A DNA stretch of 64,000 nt from Bigelowiella natans CCMP2755 (GCA_000320545.1 ADNK01002372.1:7630-71629); one strand, 5' to 3'; counted from the first letter of the stretch, positions 37,253 to 52,316 are shown. The notes: generated from the letters alone by a model not told the origin. Numbers and translations: made by a program.

Positions 37253-40200
37253 AATCAGGTGTCCGGGAACATTAAACTTCCTGTGCCGGATGTGTGTATC
37301 GATGCGAAGGACGTTAAAAAGGCTGCTAATGATCTTGATATTGTCTCGAAACTTAAACCCGTTTTGGACAAATGGATTCACATGATAAAGGATAGACTTG
37401 AAAATGAATTGGCAAAACCTAAGCCCGTAAATCCCATGGGTGAAATTCAGTTTTGGAAGGACAGTAATGCGATGCTAAGTGCCCTCTATGAGCAAATCAC
37501 AATGCCAAATATCAGGAATTTCGTTAAAGTGCTGGAACTAGCGGAGGTCGTTGCAATTGAAAGTTTCAAGAAGCAATTGGGAATGCTACTCAAGCGTTAT
37601 GTAGAAGCTAAAGACAACGTGAAGTTTCTTCGAACTTTGGAGCGACATTTCAAAAATATAGAAAGTGGAAAGCTGAACGTAATCCTTGATACCATTCCAT
37701 CAATGATGGAATCTCTTCGAATGGTTTGGATTATCTCCCGCCACTACAATCGTGAGGAGCGTATGTTCCCCCTTCTAAAACTCATTGCCCAGCAAATTGC
37801 AGAGAAAGTTGAGAAAGCAATCGACATAAAAAAAATACTGGTACGGTACTCGGAGGAGGAGGCCATTAAACAGTTAAATTCTGCAATCGCGGTGCTTAAG
37901 CAGTGGAAAGACAGCTACATGAAAGTCATGCGCCAAATCGCAAAGGATTGTGAAAATAGTGGTATGGCACAATGGAGTTTTGATAGAAAAACGCTATTTG
38001 ATAAAACTATTTACATGGCAACTTCATGCGAGGCTCTCATGCATATGGTGAATACCTCCTATCAATTTCGAAATTTTCTTGGAAAGGAGCTCCAAAACGT
38101 TACTGGAGACGCAAAATCTATCGATACAGTTCGTGAAGAGGTTAGTGAATCTCTCCGTCCTATGCTCAATCTTGGCTTTTCGATCTTTGAAGAACCATTC
38201 GTGAAGCCTTGGAAAGAAGCTCAAGATCGTTACAAACTACACGTTAGCACAATAGAGACCAAGTGCAAGAACTTGATTGACGAGAGCTTTAAAGAGGAGA
38301 AGCTTGAATCTGCCGAAGAAGCATTTCAACTGCTGGAAAAATTTAAAGATATTAACACTCTGGACTCGATTCGAAACAAAATGACCAGCAAAGTATCTGA
38401 GGTCCTCAAACAGTATATGAGCTCTCTCCAGGTGGTGGAGCAGACGTTTCAGGAAGGTGTAAATAGCCCCCCAATATCACGTAATCAACCTCCTGTCGCG
38501 GGAAGTATCGCATGGCTGCGATCACTCTATTTTCGCATCAAGAAACCTATTTTGAAATTCATCAAGATGAAAGATCCTCCCCCAATTTTCGAAGAGGTGA
38601 AAGAAAAGTACAAGCAGGTAGCGATGGCTATTACGAATCACGAAGATTCTATCTTCAAGGCATGGTGCGCCATGGTCGAGACAAGAACTCAGGGTAGGCT
38701 CAAAGACAACATACTTCGCAGTGTAAAGCATTCAGTGGGATTTCTGACTAAAGATGAGATGATTGCCCGAGCAGCGGAAGAAGAACGCAAAAATGAACGC
38801 AAGAACACCCGAAAGAGTAATGCTCGTGACAATGACAATATAGGATCTTCAATGCTCAGAAGTAGTCGCCATTCAACAAATTCTAATCGTTCCATGATTA
38901 GGAGAAGCTCGAGAAGCATAGCACATTCAAAAACGAGTTTAGGCAGAAGCCGTCAATCTGCTAGCACATTCTCACCAAATGATGCATTTGGACAAAGTAT
39001 GGCAGGAAGGGATCTGAACTTTTTGATTCCTGAGGTTATGCCAAATGGAGAAAAGGTCATGAGTAAGCTAGAGGTTAACTTTTCCCCTGAATTGCGCCAG
39101 CTTCTTCGAGAGGCAACGAATCTATCCAGAATGGGGAAGAAAATCCCTGATGTTGCTTTTAACATAGCGCTGCAAGAGAAGAAATTTCATAGTCTAGTTG
39201 AACAGCTGAAAGCTATGCTTAAGACATATGATGACGTAATTGCACGTCTCTCTGATGTGGAAAAGGAATTATTTATGAAACATATTCATCAATTACATAA
39301 AGTTATGGTGCAAGGTTGTTCGCGATTGAATTGGACTTCTCTTGGTACAGAGACATTCATCAAGAAGTGCAACGACGAAATTTCAAAGTTCTCTACAATC
39401 GTGGATCAAGTTCAGAAGAAAGCAAAGATGATTGCAAAAAATGTTATTGAAATTCGCAATACTGAACTCGTGAATGTTAATGAGTTTGCTCATCGCAAGG
39501 AACCCATGTCCATTACTGCTGTGAAAGAGATTATGGACAAAACTCTCCAGGCAGCCTTAAGAAAACTGGTGAAAACTCACACTGATATTCCTCAAATTTT
39601 GATTCAGATGGAGAACGATATCTCAGAAGGAAAAGAGGTTAAAAAACATGAGGCAAAAAGACAAGCTGATGTAACTGGTAATTCACAAGCAGTGGGCAGA
39701 AAGGCCAACTTTGCGACAGAGGGATGGCCAAGACCTGGAGCCCATCCAAGTATGGGGAGTTACTATAAGTTCTGGGAAGTACAAATCTACCATGCTCTCT
39801 GCGATTGCATTTCTCGTGGAATAGGGAACTTGAGGAGAGTGCTTGAGAGTGACTTAGTAGTATCAGGGCCAAATGACGATGAAAAGCCAAAGATTCCTTT
39901 GATTACAATTGAGCTACGGATAACATCAACCTCCCCGCAAATCCAGTCGATACCACAGCTTGAGGGCTCCCTTGAGGCTTTCCGAAAGCTACAGCAGAAT
40001 ATTCAAAACTGCTCGAAATCGTTTATTCGATGGGCGCGTGGAACCTGTTTGTCCACTTCTCTTTGGCCTGGAGATGCAGATAATGATGATGAAGAACCAC
40101 AGTGGAATTTTGAAGAGTACGTTAGAACTGACCCGCAAATTCTCGCTCAAAGTACCGAATTCTTGCTCTACCTGAATAAGCTTCAAATGCAAGTGAACAC

Positions 40201-41245
40201 GTACATTCATAGCTGGAAGAAGTACAGCACTGCAGGTGGCCATAAAAACGAATACGGCACAAGGGTAAGCGGTTTCGATTTGTGGAACAGCAAGAAATTT
40301 CAGGACCTAGAGATGCTCAGGCAGAATCTCCCCAGTTCTACTTTTTTTGATGACATTCTTCATTATTACAGCATGATAAAGAATAAGGTTGATTCGGAAG
40401 AGGCTGTCGTGATTGTGGGATTTATCCAACTTAATTGTTCTCCATTGCTCAAAACTGTACGGAGAAAAGCTGAAGAATGGTTCCAACGGTACGGAGATGT
40501 GTTGCGGGAAGCCGCCGAGAAAAGCTTATACGAGCTGAGCGATCAGATCGTCGTACTGAGGCGTGACCTTGGCAAGCCGCCTAATGGGTTCGAAGAAACG
40601 AAATTCGTAATTGACGTCATCAAAAAGATTCAAGGCATGTCTTTGGAAATGGAGATCAAGTTCCCCATTGTCCTCGACCAATATAATATCCTTCGGGACC
40701 ACAAAATTGAGCTCAAAGCCGCAGATTTGAAACTTGCTAGTGGTATTCGCAGCAACTGGAAGGACCTTGTTTTAGAGTCCTACAAAAAGGACTCCAGGCT
40801 TACATTGGTCAAAAAGCGTTTCAAAAAATACACACTAAAGCGAATGGAGCAATTCAAAGAAATGGTAGCCAAGTGCTTTGTAGAGTTCCAACGAGACGGC
40901 CCTATGACGCCCTCTGAAGAAAATACTCAGGTATTTTCCGACGAGAAAGCAGCTGCTAAACATGAAGCACGTCGGAAGAAAGGCCTCGTAAAGATGGATC
41001 TTAATTATGGACTTCAGAAATTGAAACACTTCCGCAAAGAGATTGGCAAGTTGGGAGAAATGAGGGACAACTTTGGTCGTTGCGAAATTCTATTTAATAT
41101 TCCTCCTCAAGCATATCCAACCCTGTATAAGATGGAATCTCAAATGGTCGAACTTGAGAAGATATACGCTATCTATACGGAATTTCAGGTTGTTTTGTTG
41201 CCAAAAATCACAAATCTATCACCTTATATTTGTGTGTAATTATAC

Positions 41246-41309
<64 letters not shown>

Positions 41310-44300
41310 AGTGTTGGGTTAGATATTCGTGGTATGACCACATTACTGCTTCCCCATTATCATTCTAAAACTGAAATGTGTAACAACGATAGGCCAAGGT
41401 GGAGAGTTGGTCGACGACGTTGTGGGTCAATCTTGACGCAAAGGTTATTGAGAAGGGCAGCAAGGCTATGGTGAAGATTGCGAAAGAAGCACCAGAGGAA
41501 TTAAAGCAATACAACTGCTTTGTTGCACTCAAGGATACTATCGATGGATTTCGAAACTCTGTTCCATTATTTTCAGCTCTCAAATCTGATACAATGCGAC
41601 CTCGGCATTGGAAACAAGTAGAAGTTTTCTCTGGTATCGAAATTGACATGAATCCCGCTACCTTCAACTTGAAGATTTTGTTTGCAATGAAGCTACATCG
41701 TTTTAAAGATCAAATTTTAGAAATGGTCGCTGCCAGTAGAGGAGAGGCAGGCATTGAAAAATCGTTACAAGAAATATCAGTTTACTGGAAGAAGGTGTTT
41801 TTCACTCTTCGCCCTTACAAGGAGAACCCTGCCAAAGGGTACTTGCTTGACGATCCAGCAGATATCTGCATGCAGATTGAAGATAACTCGATGACCCTCG
41901 CGGGCATGTCTGCGTCACCTTTTGCAGGAGCCCATTCACGGGCACTTAGGCAATGGGAGGGAGACCTCAATCTTGTAAACGAATGTATATCCGCTTGGAA
42001 AACGGTGCAGATGAAATGGACCTATTTGGAAGGCATTTTCATGGATTCTGATGATATTCGCATGCAGTTGCCGAAGGCGGCCAAGAAATTCGAGAAGGTA
42101 AACGCCTCTTTCAAGAAGATAATGATAGAGACCAAGCAAAACCCAAATGTGATCTCAACGTGTAAGATAGAAGGCAGGTTAGAGGGATTGCAGAATCTCA
42201 GCAAGGAGTTGGATCAATGTCAAAAGAAACTATCGGACTATCTTGAGCGGAAGAGGTGCTTATTCCCTAGATTCTTCTTCATTTCAGATGACGAACTTCT
42301 CTACATCCTTGGAAGCTCTGATCCTACCAAAATCCAAACTCACATGCCAAAGCTCTTCGCGAATGCAAAATCTTTGAAATTTGTGAGGGGTAACACCGCT
42401 GTAGGTGGCATGGCTTCTACCAAGCAAGAAGTGTTTGACTTTAAGAAGGTGGTGAAAATTGAAGGCAAGGTTGAAGAATGGATGAATGGAGTGGAGTCTG
42501 AAATGAAAGCAAGTTTGCACCAGATCACTAAAGAAGCTGTATTCAATTACGCAAATGAAAAAAGAACTGAGTGGATTTTCGAAAATCTTCAAAGCATCGT
42601 TCTTGCTGGCAGTCAAATATGGTGGACTTGGGAAGTAGAAGATGCCTTCAATCAGGTCAAAAAGGGGCACAAACATGCAATGAAAGCACTTGCGAAGAAG
42701 CTTACTTCCCAGCTTAACGACCTTGTTAATGCAATTCGAGGAAATCTTGCGAAGATGCAAAGGCGAAAACTAAACACCCTGATTATCATTGATGTACATG
42801 CGAGGGACATCATTGATTCCTTTGTTAGGGACTCGATCCTCGATGCAACAGAGTTTGCATGGGAATCTCAGCTACGCTTTTACTGGGAGAGAAAGGTAGA
42901 CGATATTCGGATTCGTCAATGCACTGGAAATTTCTCGTTTGGATACGAATATATGGGTCAAGATGGGCGTTTGGTCATCACCCCCCTCACGGATAGATGC
43001 TACATGACGTTAACACAAGCTTTGACCTTTCATCTCGGTGGATCTCCTGCTGGTCCTGCAGGAACAGGAAAAACAGAGACTGTAAAAGACCTCTCAAAGG
43101 CCATGGGCCTCATCTGCATTGTTACTAATTGTGGAGAAGGTTTGGACTTCAGAGCGATGGGGTCCATTTTCTCTGGATTAGCGCAAACAGGCGCATGGGG
43201 ATGTTTCGATGAGTTTAATCGAATCAACATTGAGGTTCTTTCAGTCGTCTCCACTCAGTTGAGAACCATTCAAAATGCTCTCCATGCTAATGTCAAACGT
43301 TTTGAGTTTTGTGGTAAAGAAATAAACCTAAATCCAACTGTCGGTTTCTTTGTCACGATGAACCCTGGGTATGAAGGACGTACAGAGCTTCCCGACAATC
43401 TCAAAGCCATGTTCCGACCTGTTACTATGATTCGTCCTGATTTGCAACAAATTTGTGAAATTATGCTGTTCTCCGAGGGATTTAATGGCGCTAGAGCATT
43501 GGCTAAGAAGATGACAGTGCTATACAGTCTCGCTCAGGGTCAGCTCTCGAAACAACATCATTACGATTTCGGACTGAGGGCATTGAAGTCTGTGCTTGTC
43601 ATGGCAGGGCAGCTGAAGCGTGCAACGCCCGAATTCGCGGAAGATTTAGTCTTGATGAGAGCTCTGAGAGACATGAACACGCCGAAATTTATTTTCGAGG
43701 ACGTACCTTTATTTAAAGGATTACTGAACGACCTCTTTCCTGGTGCAAACTTGAAGCGTGTGGTAAACAAGCAACTGAAGGAAGCTGTGACAACGCAGCT
43801 TGTCGCAGGACTTTACAAACATGATGACGATGTTGTATTCACAAAGCAGGTAGATAAAGTAATGCAACTTTATGAGACCATGCTTACGCGCCACACAACT
43901 ATGGTCGTGGGGCCTACTGCCGGTGGGAAATCGCTGGTTATTGACACGTTAGCAAAGGCCCAGACAAAAGGATTTGGCCTGAAAACGACCTTATTTCCTA
44001 TCAATGCGAAATCCATGACCCTTCCTGAACTCTACGGTGTTATGGATCCCGCCACCCGTGATTGGACCGATGGCCTTATTTCAAAAACATTTCGTGATCT
44101 AAACCAACCTTTGCCGGAAGGAGTTGACGAAGCAAGATACATTGTTTTTGATGGCGATGTGGATGCTCTTTGGGTAGAAGACATGAATAGTGTTATGGAC
44201 GACAACAAGACACTAACACTTCCAAATGGTGAGCGTATCAGGCTTGAGGATCACTGCAAGTTACTTTTTGAAGTTGGTGACCTGCAGTTTGCATCTCCCG

Positions 44301-47300
44301 CTACTGTAAGTCGTTGTGGTATGGTGTACGTTGATCCAAAAGACTTGCGTCACAAACCCTATTTCTTCCGTTGGATGATTCTCAGGACCAAAGATCTTCC
44401 ACATGATGAGAAAAAGGCCGAGGAAGTTCCCGATTACAAATCGCGAAGGGACACTCAGCGTGAAATTTTGATGTCATTTTATGACAAGTACATAGATAGA
44501 TGTATCACTTTTGCTTTGGAAGGCATTGTAGATGGGTCTCAAATTGAAGGCGGTTCTTTAGACCTCCTCGTCCCTTTGACATCTCTCGGCCTTGTTAAGC
44601 AATGCTGCACTCTCTTCAACTCTATTTTGCCCTCGCAGCCAGGAGCAAAAGATCCACCGGAAGAGAAACCAAAACTGATGGAAAAGGCATTCGTATTTGC
44701 ACTTACCTGGTCTGTTGGTGGATGTTTGAGCGCTCCAAGTAGGGAAAGATTCAACGAATTCTTGAAAGACATCGCCAGTGGTAGGACACCAGGAGGAGCT
44801 CTGTACGATTACAAATTTAATCCTGAGAAGAATGAATGGGTAAAATGGCAGGATTTGGTTACAGAATATGTTCCACCAGAACCTTTCCAATTTTCTAAAA
44901 TATTAGTCCCTACATCTGACACAGTAAGGTACAGATACATCCTGGAAAAAGTCGTCAAGAGTAAGACTCCTATTTTATTTACTGGAGAGTCAGGAACTGC
45001 GAAGACTGTTATTATGAAAGACTTCATGGAGAATGGACTCAACCAGGACAGATACGCTAGCATGGCGATAAACTTTAGCTCGCGGACATCAAGTCTCGAT
45101 GTGCAGAATTCGATTATGGCCTCTGTTGAAAAACAATCTGGGGCAAACTATGCTCCAAAAGGGGGTAAACGCATGTTAGTGTTCGTTGACGATCTTAACA
45201 TGCCATTCGTTGACAAATATAATACACAGCAGCCTAACGCCTTGCTCAAGTTTCTCATTGAACGAAATCAGCTTTTTGATAGAACTTCTGAGAATCCTGA
45301 CAACATTATGCAAAAGCAAATGATAAGAGACCTTCTCTTTTCTGCCGCAATGGCTCCGCCTGGAGGTGGAAGAAATAGTGTAGATCCACGGTTTATCTCC
45401 CTCTTCAATGTCGTATCGTTCACATTCCCACCAAAACAAGCCCTAAAGCACATCTACTCGTCTATTATTGCTGCACACGTTGAAAACTTTGAGGGAGCAG
45501 TCCAGGAAGCAGCAAATAAAGTCACTTCTATGACGCTTGCTCTCTATGAGCAGCTTGGTAAGAACTTCAAACGTACCCCTGCAAAGTTCCATTACGTGTT
45601 CAATCTGAGAGATTTGTCCAGGGTATATGAGGGAATACTTCAGAGTACTCCTGACGTATTTAAGACAGCCGCATCTTTCATACGATTGTGGAGAAGCGAA
45701 AATATGCGCATTTTTCACGACCGCCTAGTGAGTAACGAAGATCGTAAGAAAATGGTGAGAGTCATTGATGATCTTGCGATTGGAGAATTCCCTGGAGAAT
45801 CTGCTGAAATCCAAAGAGAACCCTGCATATTTGGCGACTTCAAGTACGTGGGAGACGCAAAAATGGAGGGAGAACCTAGATTGTACGAAGAGATCGACGA
45901 CTTTAAATTAGTCGAGAAGATTTTCATGGGTGTTCTCGATGAACATAACGAGGATTCTGAAGAGAAAATGAACCTCGTTCTATTCCAAGACGCTCTTGAC
46001 CATCTTGTACGCATACATCGTATTTTGAAGATGCAGCGAGGCAATGCTCTCTTAGTGGGGGTGGGGGGCTCTGGAAAGCAAAGTCTAGCTAAACTTGCAG
46101 CATGGACTGCAGGATACGAAATATTCCAGATAACCCTCACGCGTACGTACGGAGAAGACGATTTTCGGGAAGATCTTAAAAAGTTGTATGAGCTCCTTGG
46201 TGCTAAAGACGGTGGAAAACCTGTCGTATTTCTTTTTACCGACGCCCATGTTAAGGATGAGAACTTTCTCGAAATGATCAACAATATGCTTACGTCGGGT
46301 ATGGTTCCTGCGCTTTTCTCTGCAGACGAGAAAGCCCCACTGATTGATGCGGTAACCAAGGAGTGTAAAGCCGCTGGAATTGCTCCAAATCGGGAAAATT
46401 GCTGGAACTTTTTTGTGGATAAATGCAGAAACAATCTGCACATCGTTTTGTGCATGTCACCTTCGGGAAATACATTGCGTATTAGATGTCGTAATTTCCC
46501 TGGATTAGTGAGTAATACCATCATTGACTGGTTTTTCCCTTGGCCTCACTCTGCTTTGGAGGTTGTTGCGACTCATTTTCTGAAAGAAGAGAAACTTCCA
46601 GAGGCACACCGAAAAAATATCATTGAACATATGGTTACCGTACATCTGGGTGTACAGAATTATTCAAAGAAATTCGAAATTGAGTTGCGACGCTCAAACC
46701 ACGTCACGCCTAAGAACTACTTGGACTATCTGAATGCGTACAAACTTACTCTCAAAGATAAGCTTGGTGAGAATCAAAGGCTGTACAAGCGGCTCGACGA
46801 CGGTCTTAGCAAGCTTTTGGGAGCAGAGAAAGATGTCAAACGGTTGCAAGAGGAGATCAACGTTGCGAAAGTGGAGGTTGACAAAGCTTCCAAGACGACA
46901 GTTGAGTTAATTGAAAACATTGAAATCGCTACTAAGGAAGCGAACGTGCAGAAGGAAGAAGGCATGGAGTTAGAGAAGGAGCTCAAGGCAAAACAAGTAG
47001 TCATTGAGAGAGAAAGAGAATCAGCAAATAAGGATCTTGCCGCTGCTGAACCGGTACTTCAGGCTGCTGCTGATGCATTAGAGGAATTAAAGAAGAACAA
47101 GGAGAAGATTGATGAGCTAAAAGCATACGCTAACCCTCCGGAGTTAGTGAAGAGGGTGTTACAATGCGTGTTAGAGCTGCATCCTACTTCTGCAGACGCT
47201 AGTGGAGGCTGGGCTGCAGCTAAAGGAATGATGGGTGATACTAAATTCCTACCGAAACTTATCGGCTATAAAAAGGACGACATAAAATCTAAATGGATCA

Positions 47301-50300
47301 AGGCAGTCCAGAAAATTGTTAAAAGCGATAAAGCACTACGAAGTGTAGAATTCATGAGGTCTAAATCTTTGGCAGCAGCCGCTATGCTTCAGTGGGTTCT
47401 GGCTATTTTAGAATACTATGCTGTTGCGCAAACTGTAGAGCCTAAGAAGAAGAAAGTTGCAAAGATGGAACAGGAAGCCTTCAAAGGTGCTACAAAACTC
47501 AAAAATACTCAAAAGAAAATTATGAAGCTGGAGAAGGCAATCGAAGAGAAAGCAAAGGAATTGAAAGAGGCACAAGACAAATCTGAAATGCTCACAAAAA
47601 AGCAAAAAAAGATGGCCGAAAATCTTGTCGCTGCTGAACAACTAATTAGTGGACTGGCAAACAATAAAGTCAGGTGGAATGAAAACAGGGCCTCTTTCGC
47701 AGAAAAGAATGAGTTACTTGTTGGTGACTGCCTCATTGCCGCAGCTTTCCTCTCATATTCCGGTGCTTTCAACTTCCAGTATAGGAAAACAATGATTTAC
47801 GACGACTTCTGTGCAAACCTAAGAGCTTTGAAGGTGCCTATGTCTGAGGATTTTTCAGTATCAAACTTGTTAGCATCTGGTGTGGAGAAAGCGAAGTGGA
47901 GATCGGAAGGACTGCCCCCTGATGAACTTTCGATTCAAAATGGTATTCTTACGATTCGAAGCACAAGATTTCCTCTTTGTATTGACCCACAGTTGCAAGC
48001 ATCCAACTGGATCAAGCAACGAGAGAAGAGCATTAGCGCAAAAACGCTTCAAATAGCAACGTTTAGGGATGATGGGTTCATGAAGAAACTTGAGACTGCA
48101 GTACAATACGGATATGGATTTATCTTTGAAAACGTGGGAGAAGAAATAGATCCAATTGTCAACCCAATATTGGAAAAGAAATACACCGAAAAGAATGGGC
48201 AAAAAATCATTGTTCTAGGCGATAATGAAGTTCCATGGGATGATAATTTCCGTTTATATATGATATCAAAACTAGGTAATCCAAGGTATAGTCCTGAAGT
48301 AGCCGGTCGTACTATGATCATCAATTACACTGTGACCTTGAAAGGACTCGAAGATCAGTTGTTGAGTTTCGTGATTGGCCATGAGCGCCCAGAATTGCAA
48401 AAGATCAGCAATGAACTCGTTCAAACCATTAGCAAGAACAATATTCTCCTCAACCAGCTTGAGGACAGCATCCTGACGGACTTGTCAAATTCAGACGCTG
48501 ACATATTAGAGAACAGGGCTTTAATTAAATCACTTCAAGAAGCTCAAAAAAAGAGTGGAAGTATTAGCAAAGACTTAAAGGAAAGCGAACAAACTCAAAG
48601 AGAGATTCTTGAAACAACAAGTAAATACCGCCCATCGGCAAAGAGAGGCTCTATTCTCTTCTTCTCAATCTCAAAGCTTTCTGAGATTTCCAAAATGTAT
48701 GAGTTCTCTTTAGCTGCTTACCTCGTGGTATTCCTGAAAGCACTAGATAATTCTGACAAAGATAATGACATTGAAAAGAGAGTGGCAAATATCGTCACAA
48801 CTCTCACGGATAATGTTTACGACTATGTCTGTACTGGAATATTTGAGAAGCATAAGTTGATGTATTCTGCACAACTTACGTTTATGATTATGCAAGGGGA
48901 AGAGAAGCTTGGCAATCCCCAAGAACTAGATTTTTTCCTTAAAGGAAATATATCACTTGATACGATTGATAAGGAACCGCCTGCACCATGGATTTCTGCT
49001 GCTGGTTGGAAAGATCTTCATAGATTAGCAACTATTGAGGGCTTTGAGGAGATATTTACTAGCATTAAGAAGGAGCTTCCTGCATGGGAAAAATGGTATG
49101 CTCTTGAAAATCCTGAAGAATCTAAGATGCCATCGGAGTATAGCGAGAAGCTGACTCCTCTACAGCAGTTGCTAATTTTGCGCTGTTTCCGTCAGGATCG
49201 TGTGAGTAGTGGTATTCGCAACTTCGTTATTAAGGAGATGAAATCCACAAAGTATGTGACACCTCCTGTTCTCGAGTACAGTAGAATATACAATCAAAGC
49301 ACTAGGGTTACACCTGTGGTCTTCATTCTTTCTCCTGGTGCTGATCCGGGGGGAGAACTTCAAAAGCTTGGAGCTAGGATGAATTTTTTCCCCGGAAAGT
49401 TCCACGAACTGGCACTTGGTCAAGGCCAAGCAGAAGCAGCTCAGAACCTGCTAGATATGGGATCAAAGAAGGGGCATTGGGTTATCCTTCAAAACTGCCA
49501 CCTTATGCTTTCATGGCTTCCTACATTGGAGAAATGGCTTGAATCCCTCGCAACGAGAACGCCTCACGAGGACTTCCGGTTATGGCTGACAACAGACCCA
49601 ACCCCTAAGTTTCCTCTTTCTATTCTGCAAATGTCGCTGAAAGTGGTAACAGAGCCTCCAGATGGACTCAAACTTAACATGCAAGGATCATACTCTAAAA
49701 TCACTCAAGAAGAATTGGATGAATGCCCTCACGATGCATACAGACCATTAGTCTTCGTCCTTTCCTTCTTCCACGCAGTGGTGCAGGAAAGACGTAAGTA
49801 CGGGAAGGTTGGATGGAACGTTGCTTACGACTTCAATGACTCTGACTTTTCCGTCTCAAAGCAGCTTCTTGGAATGTATTTAACCAAGTCATTCATAAAT
49901 AAAGATGAAAACATTCCATGGGGTTCATTGAGATATCTGATAGGGCAAGCAATGTACGGAGGTCGTGTGACGGATGACTATGATAGGCGTATCCTTGTCA
50001 CATACCTTGAGGAGTACATGGGAGATTTTCTTTTTGATGATTGCCAGCCTTATTTCTTTGCTAGAACAGATAAGTTTGACTACAAGGTCCCCGAGCTTGG
50101 AAGTATCGACAACTACAACAACGCCATTCGTCAATTACCGGATGTAAACTCGCCTGTTGTGTTTGGGCTTCATCCAAATGCAGAGATTCAATATAATACA
50201 AATACAGCGAAAACGATTTGGTCTGATTTGATCAGCCTTCAACCTCGATCAGCAGGTGCAGGAGGCGGAAAATCTCGAGAAGAACATATCAAAGAAACTG

Positions 50301-51570
50301 CAGAAGCTCTACTGAAACAAGTTCCTCCTCCTGTGGACCTCCTTGTCACTCGTAAGATGTTTGAAAGGCTTAGAAGAAATCAAGTCCAATCTAAAACACG
50401 TAAAAATAAAGCAAAAGCAAAGGCTGCAAAAAGAATCGTGTCAAAGCGAGGAGGGAAAAAGAGTCGAGGAAAGGGGGGAGAAAAGAAGAAAGAAGGAGGG
50501 TCTAATTTTGATTTGTCGTTGCTTCTCCCACCAACTACGGTAATAGCAAAATAGGCTACTTAAATTTATCATCCTTAAATTTTGGTCTGATATCATTTAT
50601 CTAATGAATGCTGTCTGTCAGGTTGTGTTGCTTCAAGAGCTAGAGAGATGGAATGCCTTGTGTACAAAAATGGCGGAACTGCTAGATCTACTTCTGAAAG
50701 CCCTGAAAGGGGAAGTAGGAATGTCTCAAGATTTAGATGATTTATCGTTTTCTTTGTTCAACGGATTGCTTCCTGCTCCTTGGCGCAAGTTGGCCCCCGG
50801 AACCCAGAAGAAACTAGGGTAAATGATCTTCTAGTTGCTTGCTGCTTCCCCATCACATTACATATATTACTAACACTGTGTTTGTTTTCATTCAATTTCT
50901 TCTATTCCAGTGGGTGGATGGTCCATTTCCAAAGACGGCGTGCACAATATGAAGATTGGTTGAAACACAAAAAGGATCCAAAGGTGGTGTGTGTTGGAAA
51001 TGTGATAGATCATTTGTATTGAGTTCAAGATATCTTTCCTCTTATCAAGTATATTACTCATCGTTATTGCCTCATACAATGCGTGATGTGAATAATGATG
51101 ATGCCATCACATAGGTAATGTGGTTGTCCGGGCTGCACATTCCTGAGTCATATCTTACGGCTTTAATTCAAACCACCTGTCGCGAAAAAGGATGGCCCTT
51201 AGATAAGAGTGTGATGTACACTTCGGTTACAAAGTTTGAGGATGAAGATGATGTCAAAGAAAAACCAGAACAGGGGTGCTACATAACTGGGCTATACCTA
51301 GAAGGAGGTGGTTGGGACATCAAGAAGGCTTGCATCTGCCCCCAAAAACCAAAAAAATTGGTGGAGAATCTTCCGATATTGCAAGTCACACCGATCGAGA
51401 GTAATAAGCTAAAACTCCAGAATACCTTCCGCACTCCTGTGTACGTAACACAAAATAGACGCAATGCGATGGGCGTTGGTTTAGTGTTCACGGCGGATTT
51501 AGCGACAGAGCAACATATAAGTATGTGGGTTCTTCAAGGAGTTGCTCTTTGCCTTAATATCGCAGACTAG
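36171..51570 (+). CDS. DNAH10: Axonemal inner-arm dynein heavy chain I1-alpha (DNAH10 / Chlamydomonas DHC1 type), ~9 exons including 37259-41188 and 41393-50539
   Basis: P-loops GPAGTGKT, GPTAGGKS, GESGTAKT and GVGGSGKQ; RLVITPLTDRC, CFDEFNRI, HYDFGLRALKSVL. The C-terminus FRTPVYVTQNRRNAMGVGLVFTADL..WVLQGVALCLN is characteristic of the DNAH10 subfamily. The start ATG is approximate. Confidence 0.93.
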
Positions 51571-51649
51571 TCTGTGTAGTTGGACCGAATGACATGGGGC
51601 AATGAAACAATTTTTTTGTTGTATTCTAAAATTCATGTGCTCTTTCTAC

Positions 51650-52273
51650 CTTTGACGGTCTCATGCATGCACAATGAGATGCATCATCTTTCGATCAGCA
51701 AATCGTGCATTCTACCGCTGGATGCATTTGCTAAGACGTGTCTACACTAGTACAGCTAGACAGCTAGAGCACGAAGCACACGGTTAACGATGTGTTTCGC
51801 ACATATTGTACAACATGCAAGTCACTAAGTGCAATGCATCATGCATTGCATAGCTACGCTCTTGAGGATGGCCATTGAACAAATTTGATTTGATTCATTG
51901 CATCCGTCCCACATGGTAGCATGGCTAAATGCTAGGATGGCCTAGCTAGCTAGCGCAAGGCGCACGGCTCATTGCAACTGTCGTATGCACTGATGCGCAT
52001 GTGTGATCGAGACGGATGCAATGAAGTGTATAGACTAAATTGTTTCAATAGTCATCCTAATGTAGCTATCTAGCTATGCAAAGCAGCGGCTACGTACAGC
52101 TAGACGACAGCGCTTATGTTGTATCTATTTGTCTCCGCTTTCACTTGTTTCATGCATTTGAAAGCATCTGCATCCTGTCGTCGATGTCTCGCAGTATCGT
52201 ACGCGCAGCATCGACGAGTGTGCGACATTGAACCAACAATCGCACTTATTGATCTCACAGCACACATAGTCTC

Positions 52274-52316
<43 letters not shown>

